From Abditibacterium sp. (GTDB taxonomy: Bacteria > Armatimonadota > Abditibacteriia > Abditibacteriales > Abditibacteriaceae): a stretch of DNA of 64,000 bases. Positions 19,766 through 28,807 of this stretch are shown one piece after another. The DNA is taken from NCBI GenBank assembly GCA_965246885.1, contig OZ251992.1, positions 736,001 through 800,000 of the forward strand, written 5' to 3'. The notes beneath the pieces were generated by a model. That model was not told the origin of the DNA, searched no databases, and saw nothing but the letters and a program-made list of their open reading frames with translations. The position numbers and the translations under genes are program-made. The first letter of the stretch is position 1, and every line of letters begins with the position of its first letter.

Positions 19766-20383
19766 TTATGCTTGGGAGCCTTCTATTTCCCCAACTTGCG
19801 ACAGGGTATGTGTCACGACGAAGGCGCTCAACAGGGAAAGCGGGGCGCCCACGACCAGTGGCACGGCAGCGAGCGTGGGCAGGGCTGCCGACAAACCAAA
19901 CAGCGTCACTATCCCACAAATGAGGGCGGGTGTCGTGAACGAGGGAAAGATGAGCGCAAACGAGCGCGCCGTTGCGGGAGCCGCATCGGACGACGAATCA
20001 CTCGAATCATTCAAGCTCGCCCGCGACAGGATGTCGGCGTTGGGCGCGACAGTTTCCAAGTCGCGCAAAAGAGAGGGCAAGAACTCCTCGAACGCCATGC
20101 GCGGCGATTGCATTTCCACAGCTTGACGGTAGGCGTCGTAGCGGCGGCGGCGCTTGGCGTCGAGCAAAACGGTGCGCGCTTGGGGCAGCAGTTCAAGTTG
20201 CAACCCCGCTTCTTGGCGGCGCGCGGGGGTGCGGTGGTCGCGGTCGGTTTGCGCTTCTTTGTAGCGGGCGTTAATGTGCTCGCGCAGTTCATCGGCGCCA
20301 AGATCGGTGGAAGCGCCGATGAGAGCGTAGAAGTCCACGAAACCGTCGGCGTGTTGCGCTCCGAGGGTAGGTTGGGTAATCAT
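19766..20383 (-). CDS. J-domain-like membrane protein lacking HPD
   Basis: DFYALIG...A..VLLDAKRRRRYD J-domain frame; C-terminal hydrophobic helices. Confidence 0.7.
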   Translation of the reverse strand: MITQPTLGAQHADGFVDFYALIGASTDLGADELREHINARYKEAQTDRDHRTPARRQEAGLQLELLPQARTVLLDAKRRRRYDAYRQAVEMQSPRMAFEEFLPSLLRDLETVAPNADILSRASLNDSSDSSSDAAPATARSFALIFPSFTTPALICGIVTLFGLSAALPTLAAVPLVVGAPLSLLSAFVVTHTLSQVGEIEGSQA

Positions 20384-20416
20384 AATGGTGTTCGTATCCG
20401 GGTTGAGCAAGTCGTT

Positions 20417-21940
20417 TTACGCGACGACGGCGCGCGACAGCATCTCCTGTTCGAGCGCGACGAGCGCGCTGGAGCGTTCGCCAGACAGGCTCAGAAGCGC
20501 GCGCCCTTCGCGGCCCGTGATCTGATCGCGGGCGAAGACGGTGATGCGCCCGTTTTCGTCGCACCTGAACTCCACTTCGATTTGCGGCTCTCCGGCGGGA
20601 CGAAGCGGCGATGTGTCGAGGTCGAAGCGCCCCACTGGGGCGGAGTAAGAGTCCATGTCGCGCGCCTCGCCCTCGTAGATGAGGACGTTTACGACGGCTT
20701 GGTCGTCTTTTACCGTCGTATAGCCGCGCCGTATCTCGGTGTGCGGAAGCGGCGTCAGAGCGGGCACGACCGGGTCTACTCTCACGTTGCCCTTATGACT
20801 GGTCGCCACGCCGAGGGTATGTGACAGGACATGCCCCACCTTGATGTCGGGCAAAGACCCATCGCCCAACAGTAAGCCCGCTTGGATGGCGGCGCCCTTG
20901 GCCACGCACTCGTCGGGGTCGAAGAGTTGCGGACGCTTGCCCGTCGCGCGCAGCAGCATTTCCCGCACCATCGGCATACGCGAACTGCCGCCCACGCAAA
21001 GCACTTCCGCGATGTCGTCCCATTCCAAACCGGCCTGAGCCAAGACGTTCTCCAGCAGCATTTCGGTGCGCGCGAGCAGGTCGGCGCACAGCGAATCGAG
21101 GTCGGCGCGCGTCACTTCCACGCGCACCGGAAGCAGGGCATCGAGGGCGCTCGTCGGGTTGGCTTTGCGCGCCTTGAACGCGATGGGAGCCGACATCCGC
21201 GCCGAGAGTTGTATCTTGGCGGTTTCAGCCTTGAGGCGAAGCTCCGCTTCAAGGGCGCCGTCGTGGACGATCTCTTCGCCCAGTTCGGCGACCTTTTCCT
21301 CGACGAAGTTCATGATGCGGTCGTCGAAGTCTTTGCCGCCCAAAAACGGGTCGCCACCGACAGCTAATACGTGCAACTCGTCTTGGGAGATTTCGAGGAT
21401 GGTCACGTCGAAGGTGCCGCCGCCAAGGTCGTAGACGAGAATGTTGCGCGTTTCGTCGCGGTTGTTCAATCCGTAAGCGAGGGCTGCCGCCGTCGGCTCG
21501 GAAATGATGCGCAAGACGTTGAGGCCCGCCATTTTCCCGGCTTCAAGGGTCGCTTGACGCTGGTTTTCGTTGAAATAGGCGGGGACAGTGATGACCGCGT
21601 CCGACAAACTCTCGCCCAGTTCAGTCTCGGCGTCTTGAACGAGCTTGCGCAGGATAATGCTCGACAAGAACTCTGGCGAGTAGGAGCGTCCGTCCACGTG
21701 CAAGCGGTGATCGCTTTGGCCCATGAAGCGTTTAACGAACTGGACGACGCGCTCCGGGTCGTTGACGGTGGACTGCAGGGCGACTTCTCCCACGACGAAT
21801 TGCGGCTCGTCCACGAAAATGACGGAAGGCGTGGTGGTGCGGCCTTCGGAGTTCTTGATGATGGCGGGCTTGCCGTATTCGTCCAAGTAGGCAACGGCGG
21901 AATAGGTGGTGCCCAAATCAATGCCAATGGCGCGGTTCAT
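20417..21940 (-). CDS. Hsp70 family protein (non-canonical DnaK paralog, lid truncated)
   Basis: GIDLGTT, TVPAYF, EPTAAA, DLGGGTFD, VGGSSRMP; only 507 aa. Confidence 0.92.
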   Translation of the reverse strand: MNRAIGIDLGTTYSAVAYLDEYGKPAIIKNSEGRTTTPSVIFVDEPQFVVGEVALQSTVNDPERVVQFVKRFMGQSDHRLHVDGRSYSPEFLSSIILRKLVQDAETELGESLSDAVITVPAYFNENQRQATLEAGKMAGLNVLRIISEPTAAALAYGLNNRDETRNILVYDLGGGTFDVTILEISQDELHVLAVGGDPFLGGKDFDDRIMNFVEEKVAELGEEIVHDGALEAELRLKAETAKIQLSARMSAPIAFKARKANPTSALDALLPVRVEVTRADLDSLCADLLARTEMLLENVLAQAGLEWDDIAEVLCVGGSSRMPMVREMLLRATGKRPQLFDPDECVAKGAAIQAGLLLGDGSLPDIKVGHVLSHTLGVATSHKGNVRVDPVVPALTPLPHTEIRRGYTTVKDDQAVVNVLIYEGEARDMDSYSAPVGRFDLDTSPLRPAGEPQIEVEFRCDENGRITVFARDQITGREGRALLSLSGERSSALVALEQEMLSRAVVA

Positions 21941-22758
21941 GGTGTGTCTCCTTCTGTTTTAGGGGCTTTGCCCACGACGACTTCGGTTGGACGCAGGACA
22001 TGGCCTTTGAGCGTCCAACCGGGACGCGCCACGCTTTGCACGAGGCCGTCTTGTTCCGGCGCGACGGGAACTGTCGCCACCGCTTTTTGTCCGTGCGCGT
22101 CGAAGTGGCCTGCCGGTGTCGGCAACAGTTCGACTTCGCATGTGAGAAGCGCCTGCTCGAACTGGTCGCGCACGAACGCGATGTTGTCGCGGACTTTGTC
22201 GGCGCGTAGCGCGTTGGGCGCGAGGTTTTGGGCGGTCTGCGCCGTCTGATGAAGCGCCATTTCACGGTCGAACTCTTCGAGTGCGTCGAACACGAACAGC
22301 AGGGGGCGCAGAAGGGGCTTGACGTGTTCAAATACGAAGTCGCGCTTGTAATTCAACATTTCGGCGTGCAACGCGTCGAAGAGGCGCTCCGACTCGGAGT
22401 TCCTATGCCGCATGCCCGCGACATCGGTGCGCACCGCTTCAAGGCACCCCTGCATTTGCGTGATGGCCCCGGCCATCGCGCCAAGGGCATCGAGCAAATC
22501 TATCTCGTCGGGCGCGTGCTCTGGCTCGAGCGCCGCCATCGGCGCGTCAGTGGCAGACGTCTGGGAACCATTCCCGGACGTCTGGGAACCGGCGGCGGGC
22601 GTCGGCGGAACGGTTACGGGTGGCGCTCCGCGCCCCACGACCCTCCCGCGAACGCCCGCGAGCATCGCGGACACACTGGGTTTGGCTGTCGGCGCGTCTG
22701 GGGCGGCGGCGGGAGAAGCGCCGACAAACGCCAATTGGGAATTGAAGGAGTTGAACAT
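21937..22758 (-). CDS. GrpE-like nucleotide exchange factor with long low-complexity N-terminus
   Basis: LLFVFDALE, FDAHGQKAV, PGW..GHVLRPTEVVV; ATGA overlap with the Hsp70 gene. Confidence 0.8.
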   Translation of the reverse strand: MFNSFNSQLAFVGASPAAAPDAPTAKPSVSAMLAGVRGRVVGRGAPPVTVPPTPAAGSQTSGNGSQTSATDAPMAALEPEHAPDEIDLLDALGAMAGAITQMQGCLEAVRTDVAGMRHRNSESERLFDALHAEMLNYKRDFVFEHVKPLLRPLLFVFDALEEFDREMALHQTAQTAQNLAPNALRADKVRDNIAFVRDQFEQALLTCEVELLPTPAGHFDAHGQKAVATVPVAPEQDGLVQSVARPGWTLKGHVLRPTEVVVGKAPKTEGDTP

Positions 22759-22764
22759 GAGTGG

Positions 22765-24207
22765 TTAAGCGATCACCGCCTCCGCCTCGGATGTAGCGAT
22801 GGGCAGTTCGTCCGTCGAGTAGGCATCTTCGGCGTGCTGCGAGTTGTCCAACCCCATCTCTTCGTCTTCGGCGGGAACGCGCAAGCCCATCGTTAGCTCG
22901 ATGGCGCGCAACAGGAAGAACGTCATCACAAAGCAAAAGAGCGCGACGACAAACGCACAGCCGACTTGGTGCACGAAGGTGGCGGTGCCGCCTTCGAGCA
23001 ATCCGGGCAGGGCCGAGGAGTTCAGGCCGTTGCGCGCCAAGGCGCCTGTTGCGAACACGCCGGTCAGGATGGTGCCGGTCATGCCGCCGATGCCGTGCAC
23101 GGCGAAGACATCGAGCGAATCGTCAATGGTGCCCTGCGAGCGCCACCACACCATGAGGTAACACACGACGGTCGCAATGGCGCCTACGAAAATGGCGCCC
23201 AGAGGCGAGACGAACCCCGCCGCCGGGGTAATGGCGACCAAGCCGACGACCACGCCCGTAATGGCGCCAAGCGACGTGATGGCGCGGCGCACCAGCAAGT
23301 CCACCATCATCCACGCGAACATCGCCGCGCACGCCGCCAAAATCGTATTGGCCACCGCGAGGCCGCCCAAAGCGTCGGCGTGCAATGCCGACCCGCCGTT
23401 GAAGCCGCACCAACCGATCCACAACAAGCAGCCGCCCAACAAGCAAAGCGGCATGGAGTGGGGGTTCATCGCCACGCGCCCGTAACCCCGGCGCCGCCCC
23501 AAGAGGATGGCGGCGGCGAGCGCCGAGAACCCGGCACTTGTGTGGACGACCGTGCCGCCCGCGAAGTCCATCAGGCCCAGATTCGCTTCCCATCCGCCCG
23601 GAGACCACGCCCAGTGCGCGATAGGACAGTAGACCAATAACCCCCACAGGGAAATGAAGACCAGATACGAGGAGAACTTGATCCGCTCGATGAGCGCGCC
23701 GGAGATTAGCGCGGGGGTGATGAGAAAGAACATCGCCTGAAACAGCGAATGGACGCTTATCGGAATGGTGGGCGCGGCGACGTGCGCGGTTTTGGACACG
23801 AAGTCCCACAGGCCGAAGAACTCCGGCCCGCCAATCCAGCCGTTGGCCGCGCCGCCGTTGCCAAACGCGAGCGAGTAGCCGCCCACCGCCCACAAAAGTC
23901 CCAAGACCGCCATTGCCGCGAGCGACATCATCAGCGTGTTGATGGCGTTCTTGGTGCGCACGAGGCCGCCATAAAAGAAGGCGAGGCCGGGCGTCATCAT
24001 CAAAACGAGAACGGTGGCGACGATGACCCATGCGGTGTCGCCGGTGTCCAATTTGAGCGGAACGGCGTTGGTGGCCGGTTGCGCCCACGCACCCGGCGCG
24101 CTCAGCAGTAATGCCGCTACGCCGGGAACGCCCACCGCCAAGGCGCGCGCGAAGTGGCGGGCGCGCCCCCGTGCGGGCGTCGAAGAAGAGAAGTTGATAG
24201 GATTCAC
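22765..24207 (-). CDS. amt: Ammonium transporter
   Basis: MTPGLAFFYGG, DFAGGTVVH, GWCGFNGGS, DDSLDVFAVHG. Confidence 0.96.
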   Translation of the reverse strand: MNPINFSSSTPARGRARHFARALAVGVPGVAALLLSAPGAWAQPATNAVPLKLDTGDTAWVIVATVLVLMMTPGLAFFYGGLVRTKNAINTLMMSLAAMAVLGLLWAVGGYSLAFGNGGAANGWIGGPEFFGLWDFVSKTAHVAAPTIPISVHSLFQAMFFLITPALISGALIERIKFSSYLVFISLWGLLVYCPIAHWAWSPGGWEANLGLMDFAGGTVVHTSAGFSALAAAILLGRRRGYGRVAMNPHSMPLCLLGGCLLWIGWCGFNGGSALHADALGGLAVANTILAACAAMFAWMMVDLLVRRAITSLGAITGVVVGLVAITPAAGFVSPLGAIFVGAIATVVCYLMVWWRSQGTIDDSLDVFAVHGIGGMTGTILTGVFATGALARNGLNSSALPGLLEGGTATFVHQVGCAFVVALFCFVMTFFLLRAIELTMGLRVPAEDEEMGLDNSQHAEDAYSTDELPIATSEAEAVIA

Positions 24208-24313
24208 GAGAACTTTGGAGGTGTTGGTTTTAGAACAACATCTTGGCGCTTAAAGCTGCGCCACTGCTGGAAGAGGAGTTGACACCGTTATTGCCACTTG
24301 GACGGCGGCACTT

Positions 24314-24329
24314 TGGCTTTATAAAGCCA
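24314..24329. promoter_or_regulatory. Perfect 16-bp palindrome upstream of amt (candidate operator)
   Basis: tggctttataaagcca in the divergent amt/dnaE spacer. Confidence 0.45.
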
Positions 24330-24636
24330 CAGTTAACGCGGCGGAAACAAAGGACTCAGGGAGAACCCTTAAATTTCGCGCAGATGACGGCGTTTCCAGC
24401 AATCAGGATTAAACGGCGTGTCAAGCGGCGGCGCGGGGAAAAGCTACTGCTCCATAGGGAAAACTCGCGCCGCGCGCGCAAACAGTCGCGTCAGTGAAAA
24501 TCGGGTCTGGGACGGACACGCAAAACCTGCCGCTCCCCCGGCGCCGCGCGCGGTTTCGGGCGCCATTTTCGGGTGCTATCCTCAAATGCACCCTGCGCGC
24601 CGCAACACCCCGCGATGCGCCGGACGGTTTTCTTCC

Positions 24637-27600
24637 ATGAGCAAGTGTCCCTGCGGTTTCTGCCACCTTCACGTCCATTCCGAGTATTCGCTTCTCGACG
24701 GCGCCAATCGCTTGCAAGACTTGGCCAAGCGCGCCGCCGCGCTCGATATGCCCGCCCTCGCCCTCACCGATCACGGCGTGATGTATGGCGCCATAGACCA
24801 CTACGTCGCTTGCAAAAAGGAAGGCATCAAACCAATCTTGGGCGTCGAAGCCTATGTCGCGCCGCGCACCCATTTGGACAAGGATTCGCAACTTGACTCG
24901 CAGAAGAAGACCTGCCACCTGACTCTTTGGGCGAAGAACAAAAAGGGCTACGAAAATTTGGTCAAGCTGACCTCGACCGCGCACCTCAAGGGCTTCTATT
25001 ACAAGCCGCGCATTGACCACGACCTCCTCGCGCAGCACTCCGAAGGCATCATCTGCGGCAGCGCGTGCTTGGGCGGCGAAGTGCCGCAACTCATCATGGC
25101 CAAGAAGTTCGACGAAGCCGTCGAGCGCGCCCTGATGTACCGCGACCTCTTCGGCAAAGAGAACTACTTCTTGGAACTGATGGATCACGACCTGACGGGG
25201 CAGGGCGAGGTGAACGACCGACTCATAGATATTCACCACCAAACGGGCATCCCGCTCATCTGCTCGAACGATGCCCACTACTTGCGCCGCGAGGACGAGG
25301 AGATGCACAAGATTCTGGTCGCCATCGGAACCAACTCCCAGATACAGAACATGGCCTTGCACTACGGGCCGAACTTTTACCTTAAAGACCGCGAGGAGAT
25401 GTGGGAAAAGTTCAAGCACGTCCCGTCCGCCTTGGAAAACACCATGCGCATCGCGGACATGGTGGATTTGGAACTCGACCTTAAGACCACGCACTTCCCC
25501 AATTTCGACGTGCCCGCCGGACACGACAAGACCTCCTTCTTGCGCGAACTGTGCAAACAACGCTTCGATAAGCGTTACCCCGTCGGCCACCCGCGCCGCG
25601 CCGAGGCCATTCCGCGCATGGAATATGAACTCCAAGTCATCATAGACAAAGGCTATCCGGGCTACTTCTTGGTGGTGCAGGACTTCATCAACTGGTCGAA
25701 AGAGCGCGGGATTTTGGTCGGTTGCAGGGGTAGCGCGGCGGGGTGTCTGGTGTCTTATGTGTTGGGCATCACTAACCTCGATCCGCTCCCTTATGGTCTC
25801 TTGTTCGAGCGCTTTCTCAACCCGGAACGCGTCTCGATGCCCGACATAGACGTGGACTTTCCCGACAAGCGCCGCGACGAGGTGATGAAGTACGTGACCG
25901 ACAAATACGGCAAGGACAAAGTCGCCCAAATCATCACCTTCGGAACCCTGCAAGCCCGCGCCGCCGTGAAGGACACCGCGCGCGCGACCGGCCTGGAACT
26001 CAAACTCGCCGACCAAGTCGCCAAGCTCATCCCGGCCATCCCCTCGCATCCGATGACCATTGCCAAAGCGCTGGACGAGGTGAAGGAGTTGCGGGACATG
26101 TACGAGTCCGATTCGACCGTGCGCACCCTGCTTGACCGCGCGCAAAACATCGAGGGCATGACGCGCCACTCCTCGCGCCACGCGTGCGGCGTCGTGATTG
26201 GAGATGCGCCACTCGATACGATGGTGCCCCTCGAAGAGAAAGATGGGCTGGTCGTCACTCAATACCATTCCAAGGCCATTGAGAAGATCGGCCTCGTCAA
26301 GATGGACTTCCTTGGGCTAACCAACAACTCCGTTATAGACGAAAGTTTGGCGCTTATCAAAGAGCGCTACAACGAAGACATAGATTTAGAAACCCTCGAC
26401 CTAACCGATAAGAAGGTTTACGATATGATGTCGCGGGGAGATGGTATCGCGGTGTTTCAGATGGAAGGCAGTGGCATGAGGAACCTTCTGCGTGAGATGA
26501 AGCCGGAAAATATGGAGCACATCATCGCGCAGATTTCCTTGTATCGCCCCGGCCCGATGGACGACATCCCAACTTACATCAAGGGACGGCACGGCGGCGC
26601 AGTGACCTATCCCCACCCCAAGTTGGAACCCATCCTGAAAGACACCTACGGCATGCTTCTCTACCAAGAGCAAGTCATGCGCGCCGCGCAAGAGTTAGCG
26701 GGCTTTACCGGCGGCCAAGCGGACGAACTGCGCGGCGCAATGGCGAAAAAGAAAGCGGACTTGATGGCAAAGCTCAAGCCGCTTTTCGTGGATGGCTGTG
26801 TCCAGAACAAGATAAAGCGCGACGACGCAACCGACATCTTCGACAAGATGGAGTCCTTTGCCAAGTACGCGTTTAATAAATCCCACGCCGCTTACTACGG
26901 GTTGGTTTCTTACTGGACGGGCTACCTCAAGGTGCACTACACCTCGGAATTTCTGGCGTGCAACATGACTTCGCGGCTGGATGCCAAGCCCAAGCTGCTC
27001 GCGGTCATCGAAGATGCGCGGCGGCATGGCATCGAAGTGTTGCCGCCTGATGTCAACGAGTCGAACCAAGACTTTACTGTTGTGGGCGCCGCCAAAAACT
27101 CGCCGATTCGCTTCGGGCTGCTCGCCATCAAGGGCATCGGCGAAGGGCCGGTCGGCGCCGTCTTGGAAGCGCGGCGCGAGGGCGGCAAGTTCGTCTCGCT
27201 CCACGACTTTTGCGAGCGCGTGCCGCTTCGGGGGTGCAACAAATCGTGCATCGAAACCTTCATCAAGGCGGGGGCGTTCGACTCGATACAAACCAATCGC
27301 TGCGCCCTTTTGGAAGGTTTGGACGCAGCACTCACTGATGCCAAGAGCACGTTGGAGGGCAACCTCTCGATCTTCGGTGAAGCGCCCACTGAAGCGGGGC
27401 GTCCCAAAACGATGGGTGTTTTGCCGGAGTGCGAAGACTTCGGCAGCGCACAACGCTTGGCGTGGGAGAAGGAGTACATAGGACTGTATGTGTCGGATCA
27501 CCCCCTGTCTCCTCTGCGCGAGTATTTGGAATCGGCGGCCATCCCACTGTCGAAAATCACCGAGGAACGGGCGCTGTCGGACGGCGCGCGGGTGACGGTG

Positions 27601-28500
27601 GGCGGCCTTGTGACGACGGCGCAAAAGCGGGTGGACAAAAACGGGCGCGCGTGGGCGATTTTCACCCTCGAAGATTTGACGGGCCAAATTGAGGTTCTGA
27701 CCTTCGCCAAAGCCTACGAGAAGTGCGGCGAGCACATTAACGAGGACGCCAAGCTCTTAGTGACGGGGCGCCTGAGCGCCGATTCGCGCGGCGGCTTCGG
27801 CGGTAACAGTGGCGGCGAAGAGGGCGAATCGAACGAGGACGTGCGCTTTAAAATCATGGCCGACGACATCGAAATCATCCCCGAAGACGCCGAAAGCGCG
27901 GCGGGCAAGCGCGCCAAGCCGCTCGAAGAGCGCATCAGTGGCGCCAACGAAAAGGCCGACAAAGCCGCCGAGCGCACCGCCAACGGCACCGGTTGGAACG
28001 GCGGAAACGGCAACGGCGCAAATGGTGGCGCCGCCAAGGGGCACAAAATCCTTGACTCGCTCCCGAAAAACGGCGGGGCGAACGGCAACGGACACGGCGC
28101 AACCAATGGCAACGGGAGTAACGGTGGCGGCATCTCGATTAACCGCTCCTCGGCCCCAACTTTTGTGCTTCCCCCGCCCGATGCCGCGCCGCCCGCCCAG
28201 TTTCGGGCGACCGAGGAAGGGCCGCTCCCGATCCCCCACATTTTCGAGGTGCCCTCCGAAGCCGAGGCGGACGTGCACTTGCACATCCCGCCGGACATGG
28301 CTTCGCAAGCCGTGATTCACAAGTTGTATACCGTTGTGCGCCGTCATCCCGGCACGCAGCAGGTCTGGCTGCATCTCGACAACGGCCAAGAGATGGTGCA
28401 GATGAAAGTTTCGGCGAGCTATTGGGTGGCCGCGACCCCGCAATTCTGCGAGGACGTCGCCGCCCTGCTCGGCGACGAGAATATCGTCCCCCCGCTTTGA
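24637..28500 (+). CDS. dnaE: DNA polymerase III alpha subunit
   Basis: PHP motifs HLHVHSEYSLLDG and TDHG; FERFLNPER.SMPDIDVDF; KMDFLGL; FNKSH; OB fold. Confidence 0.97.
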   Translation: MSKCPCGFCHLHVHSEYSLLDGANRLQDLAKRAAALDMPALALTDHGVMYGAIDHYVACKKEGIKPILGVEAYVAPRTHLDKDSQLDSQKKTCHLTLWAKNKKGYENLVKLTSTAHLKGFYYKPRIDHDLLAQHSEGIICGSACLGGEVPQLIMAKKFDEAVERALMYRDLFGKENYFLELMDHDLTGQGEVNDRLIDIHHQTGIPLICSNDAHYLRREDEEMHKILVAIGTNSQIQNMALHYGPNFYLKDREEMWEKFKHVPSALENTMRIADMVDLELDLKTTHFPNFDVPAGHDKTSFLRELCKQRFDKRYPVGHPRRAEAIPRMEYELQVIIDKGYPGYFLVVQDFINWSKERGILVGCRGSAAGCLVSYVLGITNLDPLPYGLLFERFLNPERVSMPDIDVDFPDKRRDEVMKYVTDKYGKDKVAQIITFGTLQARAAVKDTARATGLELKLADQVAKLIPAIPSHPMTIAKALDEVKELRDMYESDSTVRTLLDRAQNIEGMTRHSSRHACGVVIGDAPLDTMVPLEEKDGLVVTQYHSKAIEKIGLVKMDFLGLTNNSVIDESLALIKERYNEDIDLETLDLTDKKVYDMMSRGDGIAVFQMEGSGMRNLLREMKPENMEHIIAQISLYRPGPMDDIPTYIKGRHGGAVTYPHPKLEPILKDTYGMLLYQEQVMRAAQELAGFTGGQADELRGAMAKKKADLMAKLKPLFVDGCVQNKIKRDDATDIFDKMESFAKYAFNKSHAAYYGLVSYWTGYLKVHYTSEFLACNMTSRLDAKPKLLAVIEDARRHGIEVLPPDVNESNQDFTVVGAAKNSPIRFGLLAIKGIGEGPVGAVLEARREGGKFVSLHDFCERVPLRGCNKSCIETFIKAGAFDSIQTNRCALLEGLDAALTDAKSTLEGNLSIFGEAPTEAGRPKTMGVLPECEDFGSAQRLAWEKEYIGLYVSDHPLSPLREYLESAAIPLSKITEERALSDGARVTVGGLVTTAQKRVDKNGRAWAIFTLEDLTGQIEVLTFAKAYEKCGEHINEDAKLLVTGRLSADSRGGFGGNSGGEEGESNEDVRFKIMADDIEIIPEDAESAAGKRAKPLEERISGANEKADKAAERTANGTGWNGGNGNGANGGAAKGHKILDSLPKNGGANGNGHGATNGNGSNGGGISINRSSAPTFVLPPPDAAPPAQFRATEEGPLPIPHIFEVPSEAEADVHLHIPPDMASQAVIHKLYTVVRRHPGTQQVWLHLDNGQEMVQMKVSASYWVAATPQFCEDVAALLGDENIVPPL

Positions 28501-28712
28501 ATCACCGGGTCGCGCCATCCGCTCACCGGGTCGCGCCCATCATTGGCCGGGCTACGCCAATCACTGGCGCGACCCGGTGAGCGGATGGCGCGACCCGGTG
28601 AGCGGATGGCGCGACCCGGTGAGCGGATGGCGCGACCCGGTGAGCGGATGGCGCGACCCGGTGAGCGGATGGCGCGACCCGGTGAGCGGATGGCGCGACC
28701 CGGTGAAGCAAT
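28501..28712. repeat. 21-bp tandem repeat with adjacent inverted copies (family A)
   Basis: atggcgcgacccggtgagcgg: 5 perfect plus 2 near-perfect copies at 28564-28710; 36-bp reverse-complement block at 28502-28537. Confidence 0.95.
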
Positions 28713-28807
28713 GAACGGTGAGAAAAATTGAGGAAAAGTGGCGCGCACCCGTTTCGCTCGCCGCCGAATCGCGCTAACCTTGGGCGGTTCTTTGGAGAAC
28801 GAACACT

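Noticed and set aside
20417..21940. Housekeeping dnaK
   Set aside because: Too short, with a diverged linker, no lid and no canonical dnaJ or hrcA
24421..26268. Long antisense ORFs (also 47511-49382, 8586-9932, 10663-11922, 28523-29782)
   Set aside because: Shadow frames of well-supported genes in GC-rich DNA, with no recognisable motifs
24637..28500. Intein in dnaE
   Set aside because: The extra length comes from low-complexity linkers; no splice-junction or LAGLIDADG motifs were seen
28564..28710. CRISPR array
   Set aside because: Units are contiguous 21-mers with no unique spacers, and there are no cas genes; the same applies to 10532-10642
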